Positions 9,728 through 19,771 of a stretch of 64,000 nt of DNA are shown piece after piece (within the stretch, counting starts at the first letter, position 1; each line of letters starts with the position of its first letter). The notes beneath the pieces are model-generated. The model was not told the origin of the DNA. It searched no databases and saw only the letters and a list, made by a program, of their open reading frames with translations. The position numbers and the translations under genes are program-made. The stretch comes from an uncultured Christensenella sp. (lineage in GTDB: Bacteria > Bacillota > Clostridia > Christensenellales > UBA1242), in the NCBI GenBank assembly GCA_964579205.1, contig CAZOFH010000003.1:18975-82974 (forward strand), in the 5' to 3' direction.

Positions 9728-11017
9728 TCACGCCTTTGCTGCGCGCTTTGTTTTTTCCGCAACACACGCCCCACGCGCCGACGAAGAATTTTTGTCAAAC
9801 ATAACAATTTCGCCAAAAGTATTCCTGATGACAGCGAGTTTTGAGTTTAACACAAAGGCAAATTTCTCTTTTTTACCCTCACTCGCGGCAGCGAATTGCC
9901 CAAAAGTCACCGCATCAAAATCGCACTTTGTCGCGTATTCCAAAAATTCAGCAAACCGCCCCCACGCAGCACTGTGGCGTATTTTCCTTTTTGACCAATT
10001 CGCATACTGCTGCACGCAAAATGTCACGCAACCCAAGTAATTTTTGACTACATTTTTGCCAATCTCGGCAGAAAATTTCTGCTTTTTGCTTGCGTCAAAA
10101 TTATTACCCAAAACACTACAAATATAATTGGCAAAATGCTGCTTAAACCGCTCGGTAGCCTGCCAAATTTCCTCATCGGCACCACCGACTCCGAAATGCT
10201 GCCTTACCAACTCATCATCAGCCACAGCATTCCATAGCCCAACCAAACAAAACGCAGCCAAATTAGGCATATCACGGCGAATTTTAGCCAAAATCGCAGC
10301 ACTACCACAACGACAGCCACTTGTGCCGACATTCACCTCAAAATCACTCTCCACGCACACCATCGCTATCAGGCTCTCGATGCCAGCGTCTAGCATTTTG
10401 AGAGGGAGATTTTGCCACAACAAATCAGCCTTTGCTCCGTCTATACCGACCGAATAACCAGCCAGTGCATACTGCCCGACAAAATCCACCACCTGCTCAG
10501 CGCACTTCGGCGGCGTAGACAGCACATCTAATAGCCGCACGCTCCGCTCATCCAACACATGCAACACACGCGGCGCAAACACCCGCCCAAACTCGCGATA
10601 AATCAGCCAGTGCAATTTGGCAGTATCCGCAAAAGAATAGAATTTTATCCCCAAAAGGCTCACCGCCTCAGCGCGATTTTTTTGCCTACACTCGCGGCGG
10701 GCTAGTTTCGCATCCCCACTCCACACAGAGTAGCGCAGACAGGCTAGCGATGTGACAAAATTACAGACATTCACACGTCCACGCGCGCACGCCATTTTAT
10801 TATGTTTTACGCTAGTATTCGGTAGACGAGGCTTGCATATTCCGCGATAAATCCTTACCCGTGTCGCGCCCAAGCGCTCAAAGCACCGCTCCTCAATATC
10901 GTACCCTCTGCAAAATTCGTAAAACACCGCACCTTGCGGTACAAAATCCCCGAATATCTTCGCCATTTGTCTATGATTTGCCAAAAATTTCTTTTCGCGA
11001 CTTGATAAATTGCTCAT
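9728..11017 (-). CDS. Hypothetical protein (429 aa)
   Basis: Long ORF, tightly co-oriented between recF and polA; no recognisable motif. Confidence 0.6.
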   Translation of the reverse strand: MSNLSSREKKFLANHRQMAKIFGDFVPQGAVFYEFCRGYDIEERCFERLGATRVRIYRGICKPRLPNTSVKHNKMACARGRVNVCNFVTSLACLRYSVWSGDAKLARRECRQKNRAEAVSLLGIKFYSFADTAKLHWLIYREFGRVFAPRVLHVLDERSVRLLDVLSTPPKCAEQVVDFVGQYALAGYSVGIDGAKADLLWQNLPLKMLDAGIESLIAMVCVESDFEVNVGTSGCRCGSAAILAKIRRDMPNLAAFCLVGLWNAVADDELVRQHFGVGGADEEIWQATERFKQHFANYICSVLGNNFDASKKQKFSAEIGKNVVKNYLGCVTFCVQQYANWSKRKIRHSAAWGRFAEFLEYATKCDFDAVTFGQFAAASEGKKEKFAFVLNSKLAVIRNTFGEIVMFDKNSSSARGACVAEKTKRAAKA

Positions 11018-11028
11018 AAATCACCTCA

Positions 11029-12489
11029 TTATTTTTTGCTTGGTTGAGACTTCTTTAGAGGCTTATCCTCATCGTTCCACGGGTCAAAATCAATATTTTC
11101 CAAATCAATCGTTTCTTGCTCTTCATCCAGCACTTTCATCACAGTTTCGCGAGGAAACTCCACCACGCCGCACGCATCTTTTCGCGGAGTATCGTCCGAC
11201 AAAACGCGATTTCTGATAGGCTCGAGCCACGCTTGTTTTTCGTAATATCCGTCCGTCATCTCGTTGATTTTTTGCGCAAATTCAAAGGCGCGCGCGTTGA
11301 ATTCCCCTTGATAAGTAAATCGCCCGCTGTCGACCTCCATTTCGGTCACAGCACCATTCTCCACCTTGTACCACAAATCAGGCGCAGGATTTTCGTACGA
11401 CCACTCAGTGCAAGTCACAATGGTATCAAAATGCCTGCAATACTCCATCAATTTTCGCCTACGGTCAAAATCCAACTCAGACAAGACATCGTCGAGGAGT
11501 AGCACGGGCTTTTCGCCATAAAATTTGTGATAAATAAAAATCTCCGCCAATTTGAGCGCCAGCGTCGCCGTCCTCTGCTGCCCCAGACTCCCCTCGGTGC
11601 GCAAATTGATATACTCCACCTCTTGCGCATCCCTGCCCCGTTTTTTGTCCGCGCTCTTGAGGTAGACCAATTTTATATCAAAATCATCGAGGTGTGGCCC
11701 TACCGAACTCGTGTGTGTCAAGACATCCTTTGCGTAATTTAGGTGCGCCTTGCGATAATACTCGTCCGCGAGCGATTTTATGTGGATTTGGTCCAGACGG
11801 TCGCAAAAACTGCGATACGTAATCTTGAGCGTCTCGCTCTCGTCGGTCAAAATCCGCATAATTATGTCCACGATTTTTTGTAGCATTCGGATAAAGCCAT
11901 ATCGTCTCAACATTATCCGCAAACTATATTTTACTATTTGTGTGTCCCATGGGTCAAGCGAATGATCATAATTATTTGCTAATTTTATTCCGCGGAGGAG
12001 CGCATTCCGCTGTTTGATGCAATGCTGCAAATTTTTTAGGTCGGTCATATAATTTTTGCTGACCTGACAATTTATGATATCCATATAGCGCCTGCGAAAT
12101 TGCGGTCCGCCACGCACGATATTTATCTCATCGGGACTAAAGTACACGCAAGCAAAATTCCCCACAATCTCGCTAATCTTGCCGCTCGGCATTCCGTCCA
12201 AAATAACCGTCTTGCCTTTTGCTGAATTGAGGTGCACACCTACATTCCTAATCACACCTGCTCTTTGATACTCGAGCGAAATTTGACTGACGCTCTTGCC
12301 TCGGCTAATCAAAATACCGTCCTGACGCGTGCGCGGGCTACGCCCGATACTGCATAAATACAATGCCTCCAAAATGTTCGTCTTGCCTGCGCCGTTCTGC
12401 CCTGAGATGACAGTCAGCCCCGGACGAAAACCAATTTCTACATCATCAAAATTCCTAAAATTTTTTAAAACAAGTTTCTCTGCTTGCAT
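11029..12489 (-). CDS. recF: DNA replication/repair protein RecF with a long acidic C-terminal extension
   Basis: LKNFRNF, GQNGAGKTNILEA Walker A, GSLGQQR signature, LLLDDVLSELD Walker B; start moved to ATG 12489. Confidence 0.95.
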   Translation of the reverse strand: MQAEKLVLKNFRNFDDVEIGFRPGLTVISGQNGAGKTNILEALYLCSIGRSPRTRQDGILISRGKSVSQISLEYQRAGVIRNVGVHLNSAKGKTVILDGMPSGKISEIVGNFACVYFSPDEINIVRGGPQFRRRYMDIINCQVSKNYMTDLKNLQHCIKQRNALLRGIKLANNYDHSLDPWDTQIVKYSLRIMLRRYGFIRMLQKIVDIIMRILTDESETLKITYRSFCDRLDQIHIKSLADEYYRKAHLNYAKDVLTHTSSVGPHLDDFDIKLVYLKSADKKRGRDAQEVEYINLRTEGSLGQQRTATLALKLAEIFIYHKFYGEKPVLLLDDVLSELDFDRRRKLMEYCRHFDTIVTCTEWSYENPAPDLWYKVENGAVTEMEVDSGRFTYQGEFNARAFEFAQKINEMTDGYYEKQAWLEPIRNRVLSDDTPRKDACGVVEFPRETVMKVLDEEQETIDLENIDFDPWNDEDKPLKKSQPSKK

Positions 12490-13007
12490 AACGTTCTCCA
12501 AAATCCAACCTAATTGCCCCCAATTCTTTGCCCCTATTATAGCAGACTTTGAAAAAAAAATCAACTGTTTTTCGCAAATTTTTAAAACAAACTTTCGGAA
12601 CAAATTTTTTACCGATTTTTCGCGCATTTTTCCGAATATTTTTTATCCCCGATTTTTAGCATCCCTCGCGTGCGCGTCTATATAAGGACATAGGACGGCA
12701 ATATTTGCAAAGCGATGGCAGTTAATTTGGGGCTAAAAATCAGAGTTTATCCTCTCATTAAAAATGACGCCGAAATTTTATTAACTCAAAAAATTTTTTA
12801 TAAAAAATTACCACAATACCACCAAAAACGAAAAAATCAATTTTCTTCTTTTCTGTTCAAAACTCTAGTTTCTAGTTCACTATTTATTTTTTTGAATTTA
12901 TTTTTTCTGCTATTTTTTTTGAATTATTTTTATTTAAATTTTTTGAGCAAATTTTTGTGTTATAAATCTTCACAAATTAGGCAAAAATCATAGCAGGAGG
13001 CATCTCT

Positions 13008-13568
13008 ATGGAACTACTTTCGCTCTACTCAAACAGCCCGAATTCCTGTGATATTTTGGCAGAGTTTTTGACGAAACATTTTTTTACGCCGCCGATAATT
13101 CTCTGCCTCGGCACAGACAAAATGCTAGCGGATTGTTTGGGCGCGGTGGTCGGCACTAACCTCAGAAATAGTGATTATCCAAACTATGTATACGGAGGAA
13201 TGCTCGCACCGATTACGCATCAAAACGCGCAATTTTGCCACGACTTTATCCACACAATGCACCCATTTTCGCCGCTAATAATTATCGACAGTATGGCGAC
13301 AATTACACAATCGCGGCTGGCGCATATTAGCGTTCGCGACGACTACATCGGCGCAGTCAATTCACTCAATCTTCACGCCGATTTATTTATTTACGGCATC
13401 AGCGCAATTCTCAAAAATGACCACCTGCATTCAGCCAAGTTGTGCAATATTTTGAGCCTAAACAACACAATAATTGTGGGGATAAAAAAATTCCTAAAAA
13501 ATACTCAAAAAATCGGCAAAAATTCTTTTATCCCCAATATTTCGCATTTTTCTTCTAGCAAATATTAG
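13008..13568 (+). CDS. yyaC: YyaC-like spore protease (DUF1256 family)
   Basis: LCLGTDKMLADCLGAVVG and IIIDS motifs matching the YyaC C-I-G-T-D-x-x-x-G-D-x-L-G pattern; origin-proximal location. Confidence 0.7.
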   Translation: MELLSLYSNSPNSCDILAEFLTKHFFTPPIILCLGTDKMLADCLGAVVGTNLRNSDYPNYVYGGMLAPITHQNAQFCHDFIHTMHPFSPLIIIDSMATITQSRLAHISVRDDYIGAVNSLNLHADLFIYGISAILKNDHLHSAKLCNILSLNNTIIVGIKKFLKNTQKIGKNSFIPNISHFSSSKY

Positions 13569-13667
13569 GGCTATCAAAACGAGAACTCATCAGCATTTTA
13601 TCAGCAGGGTATCATACTCGAGCACGGGTATTTTTGATTTTTTTTCTTTTAATTTTTACGCGTTCGC

Positions 13668-13708
13668 AAACGCAAAAAGTTATCCACTGTGGATAACTTT
13701 TTGCGTTT
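13668..13708. repeat. 41-bp perfect palindrome containing overlapping inverted DnaA boxes
   Basis: aaacgcaaaaagttatccac-t-gtggataactttttgcgttt, 20-bp arms. Confidence 0.9.
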
Positions 13709-13911
13709 ATTTTTTCTGATTTTTTTATATTTATTTTTTATTTTTAATCATTTAATTTTTGCTTTTAACAACGGGTACAAAAAATTTTATTTTTTACAAT
13801 TTGGGGTAGGAAATATTTGCGCAAATGTGGAAAATTTTTCATCTTTAATTTTTTGTAAAAACCACATAGCCGCGTAAAAAATATTTGCAGCCCAAAATAC
13901 AAAAAAGAATA

Positions 13912-14361
13912 TTATTTACCAAAATCAGAGTGGATTTCTATTTTTTCGCCCGCAAAAAGTGTGCCATTATCCAAGTCTTTTAGCAGTTGCTCTTTCAATT
14001 CCACGGGCAACAAATTCAGATTTTTGAGTTCATCCAGCGACACAAGCACAGGCTCATAGTCGCCGCCGACACGGTCATCACGATACTCTTCGGCATCCGT
14101 TTTACTCACTTCGCCACTCAACCATTCTGCACAAAAAATGCCCTGACGACGATAATCCATCAAATCATAGACCAATTTTCGAGGGCGAATAGTAATATTC
14201 AATTCCTCCTTGATTTCCCTTATGACGCACTGTTCAGCGCTCTCATTTGGCTCCAACCTGCCGCCGGGCAAGACGAAGAAATGCGCCCCATTTTTCCAGC
14301 GCTCAATAAGAGCGATTTTGCCGTCTTTAATAACGATCGCCCGAAAACCAGAATACTGCAT
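13912..14361 (-). CDS. NUDIX hydrolase
   Basis: Nudix box GGRLEPNESAEQCVIREIKEELNI. Confidence 0.92.
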   Translation of the reverse strand: MQYSGFRAIVIKDGKIALIERWKNGAHFFVLPGGRLEPNESAEQCVIREIKEELNITIRPRKLVYDLMDYRRQGIFCAEWLSGEVSKTDAEEYRDDRVGGDYEPVLVSLDELKNLNLLPVELKEQLLKDLDNGTLFAGEKIEIHSDFGK

Positions 14362-14443
14362 AATACCTCCAAATAATCAAGTGAGGATAAAGCGTAATTT
14401 TCTCCTCAGAGCCGCGCGTAATATTTTTACGAATTTTAATAAT

Positions 14444-14467
14444 CAAAAAGTTATCCACTGTGGATAA
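14444..14467. repeat. Second copy of the 24-bp inverted DnaA-box pair
   Basis: caaaaagttatccactgtggataa, identical to 13673-13696. Confidence 0.85.
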
Positions 14468-16389
14468 TTTTAAAATTGTCGCAAATTCGCAAAAATGATA
14501 GTTAGGTGACTAAAAATTGCGGGTAACCCGCTAAAAATCAGCGGCTAACCGACGCAAAATTGCATTTTGTGATTTTAGAGCGTATTCACAATACAGGGTA
14601 ATCTAACAAAAAGCATAATTTGCAAATTACCTTATCAGTTACAAAAAACTTTTCCACACCTATCTTGATAAGTGGAAAACTCAACAAAAAACGCAGAGCA
14701 TTTTTTGCTAAAAACAGCGAAAACTTTTGACAATTTTGGGGGCAAGAAAAATGCCACGAGATTAGCGAATCCCCGTAAAAAATGCACTGCCACAACACAA
14801 CTTAGCGCAAACGCCCGCAGTAGTCGCGGTCGCAACAAGGGCTATCATCACGACAGCCCGCACGCAGTCATCAAATTAGGTAAATCTTTATTGCCTTTTG
14901 ACAGCTCACAAAAGCAAGCCCTTAATCCCGTAGTTGCCGTTTTTGTCATTTCCGCTCGGATACTTTTTGTGACATCAGAAACATAAACAGCCGAATTGAC
15001 GCAAATTTTTGAGCAATACTACCAGCCCAAAAAACATATCAAAATATCGCTATTTGCCCCGACAACACAGCCTCAAAATCACACACAAAGCCCCGCTCTA
15101 GTCGACATTTTAACCCAAATTACAGTCATCCCGACAGTTATTTGGACCACCTGCCTCAATAGTCAAAAGCACCCGACGAGCAGCCGTAAGAATCCAACCT
15201 CGGACGAGCACCGACCACCATTTTTGCTCTCGGCATACACTCCAACAATCCAGCATTTCCCATAAGCATTCGGCGACTACCCAAGCCTAACCGACTCCAA
15301 TAAGAGCCGCTCACTATTCGCTCAAACCGTAACACAAGCCTCACTCAAGCCGCCACTTCACTAGAAAATCACTCTAGCGCCCCCCCATCTAGGACATCCC
15401 AAGCCCAGCAAAAGTCGTCCCAAAAATCACTCATTACCAGCCTGATAGCGACATAAAATGTGACCAACTAACAAAACAAAACTGAGTACTCGCCTAACCT
15501 TAACACGGCATCAAACCGTCATTACACAGTAAGCAATCAAACACGATACACCCTCTCGACTAACCCTATCCAGCATACTACCGCACGCCGTTTGACTCGC
15601 CAAAATTTCGGCACCTTGCCCAATCATCCAGCCCATTGATACCGTGCTAATTATCGCACTCGGCACATCATACTCCTTAAGCCATGGCTCAACATCTCGC
15701 TCAATAATCCCTAGCCAATAGTCTCGCCCTTTCCACATCTAGCCCAGCAGCGACCGAGCCGCAGCCGCCGTTCAAAAACTCTAGCCGCATCACGACTGCC
15801 GCCACTTTTGAGCAGCGACCATCTCCTCAAAGTCTGCGCCCAATCCACAGTACTTTTGCCATCCGGCGATAGTACAATCGATCAGGATACTGCACATATT
15901 ATTACACACGTACAAAGCCCCTGTCAACGTTTTGAGACACCTTTCTCTCAAAAAGGCGATTTTCGTACTTTTTGCACAAATATCCACAACGCGCCCTCCG
16001 AATTTTTGGCTTAACTAAAGGCTTTTGTCCACATTTCCACTTTTACACAATTTAAAATTTTACAAAATTTGCGAAAAACAAACACTTATCGACGCGCAAT
16101 TTTTTAACAATTCAACCAGCCACAGCCACTCAGCGCCCCTGCTATCACCACACATCCCGACAATTCAAGAACCTCAAACATTCATCCGTCAATCAATCTT
16201 TCAAACAATCCGCTAATTTATCAATCTTCCCATTTATTCATATCCTTATTCCCCTCAAATTCTCATCCACTTCAAAACCCATTCATTTCCAATCATACCA
16301 ATTCAAATCCTATGCAATCCCCTCCACCGTTCATCTCATTCCATTAAGACCAACACGAGCACGCTTATCCAGCCCACAACCTGCAGCAC

Positions 16390-17038
16390 TTATTCACAAT
16401 TCTATCTCACAAAGAACGAGAGAGAAAAATATATATTTTTTATTTTTTAATTAATAGGAGTATTAGTATATATTGTGGAAATGTGGAAAACTTTACTAGC
16501 GCCGCCGCAATTCTGGCTTAACAAGGGCATTTTCGCCATATTTCGACAAGTGATTTTATTGTGGATAATCTGTGGATAACTACCTTTTTGTGCGTGGATA
16601 ACTCAAAAAATTCCGTGGATAACTCGTGCAAAATCGTGGATAACTCACCCTTTCGAGCGATTTTGGCAAATTTCTTGTAAAATTTCCACAGACATAAGGA
16701 GTTTTTGGCTTATTTAAAGGCTTTTCGGATTGCCCTAATTTTTTCAGTCGCCTCACAAATTTCTACTTATTTGCAAAATTTGTAAAAAATCGCTCCCGCA
16801 TTCCGCTTCCACCGTCTAAACTACTCATTTTTCAGCCTGAAATTACCAGTAGTTTTATAATTATATTATAAACTACTGGTAAAAATTGCAAAACTATTTT
16901 ACGACAAATTTTTACTTTTTGTGCAAAAGTGTTATTTTGTGGATATTTATCCACATACCAAATGCCCTTGCCTAGGGCGTTTCCTTGAGTTATCCACGAA
17001 ATCCACAATTTAGTGCATTGTGGATAAAATGTGGAAAA
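16390..17038. promoter_or_regulatory. Dense DnaA-box cluster with adjacent AT-rich tract; oriC candidate
   Basis: TTWTNCACA-type boxes at 16390, 16482, 16560, 16571, 16947, 17019 and 17030; one-mismatch boxes at 16593, 16614, 16635, 16938 and 16990; AT-rich stretch ~16420-16475; upstream of rpmH. Confidence 0.8.
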
Positions 17039-17405
17039 GTGGAAAAGTCGGTTTTGCGCCCTCAGCAAATTGCAAAAATCCCATCATTCTCAAATTCCCC
17101 CTCAAGCAATAATCAGCCCAAACTTCCTTAGCCCTGCCCCATAATCGCCCCACCCCTGCGGGTAAGCCAACTTGCCAATCACAATACCATAATTATCTAA
17201 CAATAAAATCCTGTCCACCACATCAGGTCAATCCCCTTGCGGCCCCTACACAATCTACCACACCTATCTACTTCCCCCCACTCACCCCCCCCCAGAATCC
17301 TCGCCCCTATCCTTATCTCGTCAGCCTTTTTACGACAGCCCTATCCTTGGAAATTACTAGATTATTTGTTAAAAAGTACTTTTTCCAAAACCTTGCAAAA
17401 GGGGC

Positions 17406-17434
17406 TTGACAAAGGGGCTTTTATTTGGTATACT
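17406..17434 (+). promoter_or_regulatory. Sigma-A promoter of rpmH
   Basis: TTGACA, 17 bp spacer, TATACT with extended TG. Confidence 0.85.
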
Positions 17435-17471
17435 TAAGTACAATTTTAGTTATACTGACTAGGAGGAAAAT

Positions 17472-17609
17472 ATGAAGAGAACTTTTCAACCCAAAAAGCG
17501 TCAACGTAGCAAAGTACACGGTTTCCGTGAGCGTATGAAAACTACTAGCGGACGTAAAGTTTTAAAGCGTCGCCGTGACCGCGGCCGCAAGCAACTAGTT
17601 CGTGCTTAA
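17472..17609 (+). CDS. rpmH: 50S ribosomal protein L34 (absent from the ORF track; translated by hand)
   Basis: [45 protein letters not shown]; AGGAGG RBS. Confidence 0.98.
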   Translation: MKRTFQPKKRQRSKVHGFRERMKTTSGRKVLKRRRDRGRKQLVRA

Positions 17610-17669
17610 TTTAGGTACTATGCTTTTGGCATAATACCTATTTTTTTATCAAATAAAAAGGAGTAAAAA

Positions 17670-18008
17670 ATGCTCAACGCCCAAAATAGACTGAGAAAAC
17701 GAAAAGAGTTCGCATACATTTATCGTAAAGGCGAAAAATTCAATACCCCAAACTTGACACTTTATCAGGTTCATAGCAAATATCCGACACCACGTATTGG
17801 CTTTTCGGTTAGTAATAAAATTGGCAAAGCCGTTGTCCGAAACAAAATCAAGAGACAACTCAGAGAGATAATACGAAACTACATTCCGCAAATCAAGCAT
17901 TGCAACCTAATCTTAGTCGCAAAACCTACCATTACAAAAATCGATTTTCAATCACTAAAAAACGAAGTTGGAAAAATTTTGAGTAAAGGGAAGGTTCTTT
18001 GTGAATAA
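17670..18008 (+). CDS. rnpA: Ribonuclease P protein component
   Basis: RIGFSVSNKIGKAVVRNKIKRQLRE (RNR-motif region); follows rpmH. Confidence 0.97.
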   Translation: MLNAQNRLRKRKEFAYIYRKGEKFNTPNLTLYQVHSKYPTPRIGFSVSNKIGKAVVRNKIKRQLREIIRNYIPQIKHCNLILVAKPTITKIDFQSLKNEVGKILSKGKVLCE

Positions 18009-18276
18009 AATTTTCAAAATCTTGCTGTTCCCACTCACTTTTTTAGGGATGTTGCTGATTTACATCTACAAATACACAATCAACTTGATTTTGCCGTCGA
18101 CCTGTATCTATTATCCAACTTGTTCAACTTATGCACTACAAGCAGTCAAGCGTTTTGGATTTTTCAAAGGTGCTTATCTAGGGGCGCGGCGAATTATGCG
18201 GTGTCGTCCGAGTTATCAAGGCGGCTTTGACCCAGTACCGGACGGATTGAATGAAAATTTACGATTTTTAGTGTAA
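18001..18276 (+). CDS. yidD: Membrane protein insertion efficiency factor
   Basis: CIYYPTCSTYA...RRIMRCRP...GGFDPVP motifs. Confidence 0.95.
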   Translation: MNKIFKILLFPLTFLGMLLIYIYKYTINLILPSTCIYYPTCSTYALQAVKRFGFFKGAYLGARRIMRCRPSYQGGFDPVPDGLNENLRFLV

Positions 18277-18343
18277 ATTTAATAAAAAAACGCAAAATAC
18301 CTCAAAAATCGCATTTTTTAGCAAAAATACACAAAAAAACAAG

Positions 18344-18369
18344 AAAAAACGCCATTTTTGGCGTTTTTT
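18344..18369. terminator. Bidirectional terminator between yidD and yidC
   Basis: aaaaaacgcca-tttt-tggcgtttttt between convergent genes. Confidence 0.8.
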
Positions 18370-18390
18370 TGTATGTCTTTTGTCAAAAAG

Positions 18391-19626
18391 TCACTTTTTT
18401 CTGCTATATTCAACTACAGGAGTGCTTTTTTCGGCTTTTTTCTTATCCAAATGGTCAAATATTTTCACACAACTGAGACTAATTAATACAGACATTATCG
18501 AGTTCGTCAAAATGTACAAAGCGAATGCTGTTGAATAGAACACTACAAATATTACCATAATCGCCGGCATTATAAATTTCATTATGCCCATTGATTTTTG
18601 CGGGTCAGGCTGTTGTTGCTTGTTTTTGTCGATACCATTTACCATATTCCCATTCACTGGTGCGGTCTTTTTTGATTTTTTAGGACCATTTGCGCGCTGT
18701 GTGAGACTAAATGATAGATAGGTTACGACACCACAAAGGATTGCCAGAATAAAATAACCATTCCAACTGTTGTATTTTTCTTGAATATTCTTGGTAACTA
18801 TATCATATTCAAGAGAAATTTGCTCCAAAGTGGCTGGGTCATCCGCAAATCTTGCCCTCAAGTTCGCAATGTTATAAAAATCATTATAATTACCCACACC
18901 AGATACATAAGTTTCAGGTCTCCAAATACTATCAACCCACAACCAATCATCTTTGATTTCTTCATATTTGATTTCAACAGCTTCTTGAGCCACAATCAAC
19001 TGAGCGCTATACAGGTCTGATACAGAAAGGTCATAAGATTTTGACTTAATCTGCGCCTCTGTAGGTTCTGCTATACCAGCGCTAACCAATTCTTCTCTAG
19101 CGCGCGTTTGCATTGCCTCTTTTGCCATTTCTTCTTTTATTTTTGCATCAATTTGCTCATAAGAAGTGATACTTGGGTCAGTTTTTGATACTTCTTGTAC
19201 AAAAGCAGCCTGATATACAGTTTCCAATTTTGTGTACTGCTGATAAGTATTTTCTTGTGACAATTCACTCAACCCTGAGAATAAAGTGAAGAATATAAAC
19301 AATGTCAATACCAAGTTTACCAACATACTCACGCAGGAACCAACGACATTATACCCTTCTTTTTTATACAGAGCCATTTGTTTTTGGTTTAATAATTGTT
19401 TATTATGCCCATATTGTTTTTGTAATTTTTGCAACTGAGGTTGCATTTTTTGCTGTTTCATTGTACTGTCACGACTAACTTTTCGTTGCCAGATATCCAG
19501 TGGAGACAGTACCAATTTCAAGGCTATTGTGAATACAATAATCATCCAACCATAATTTGGTATAAAACTAAACAAATTTATTATCGGAGACCACATATCC
19601 ATTGTCCAGCCGGCTAAAAAACTCAT
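18391..19626 (-). CDS. yidC: YidC/Oxa1 membrane protein insertase
   Basis: YGWMIIVFTIALKLVLSPL, QPQLQKLQKQY, WLWVDSIW and FALYILTNS motifs. Confidence 0.9.
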   Translation of the reverse strand: MSFLAGWTMDMWSPIINLFSFIPNYGWMIIVFTIALKLVLSPLDIWQRKVSRDSTMKQQKMQPQLQKLQKQYGHNKQLLNQKQMALYKKEGYNVVGSCVSMLVNLVLTLFIFFTLFSGLSELSQENTYQQYTKLETVYQAAFVQEVSKTDPSITSYEQIDAKIKEEMAKEAMQTRAREELVSAGIAEPTEAQIKSKSYDLSVSDLYSAQLIVAQEAVEIKYEEIKDDWLWVDSIWRPETYVSGVGNYNDFYNIANLRARFADDPATLEQISLEYDIVTKNIQEKYNSWNGYFILAILCGVVTYLSFSLTQRANGPKKSKKTAPVNGNMVNGIDKNKQQQPDPQKSMGIMKFIMPAIMVIFVVFYSTAFALYILTNSIMSVLISLSCVKIFDHLDKKKAEKSTPVVEYSRKK

Positions 19627-19771
19627 AAATACTCCTAAAATTGTTAATTTTTTGTTAAAATTGCGTCAAAAATGAGATTTTTATAGACGAATTGGTGGTC
19701 GTTTCAAATAAAAATCTCGGCTCTCAACGCGTTTAAAATGAGGTAAAAAACTACACTTTTTTAATGATTTT

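Noticed and set aside
12600-13000. Poly-A/T tracts as a repeat element or phase-variation site
   Set aside because: Similar low-complexity AT tracts fill most intergenic regions in this window, so they look like a genome-wide trait.
16560-16645. Regularly spaced repeats as a CRISPR array or plasmid iterons
   Set aside because: The 9-10-bp units match the DnaA-box consensus, spacers are too short, and no cas or rep gene is present.
14600-17068. Short ORFs in the origin gap as dnaA fragments
   Set aside because: No Walker A (GxxGxGKT), YTFxxF or domain IV motifs in the listed ORFs or in the segments translated by hand; a tblastn would be decisive.
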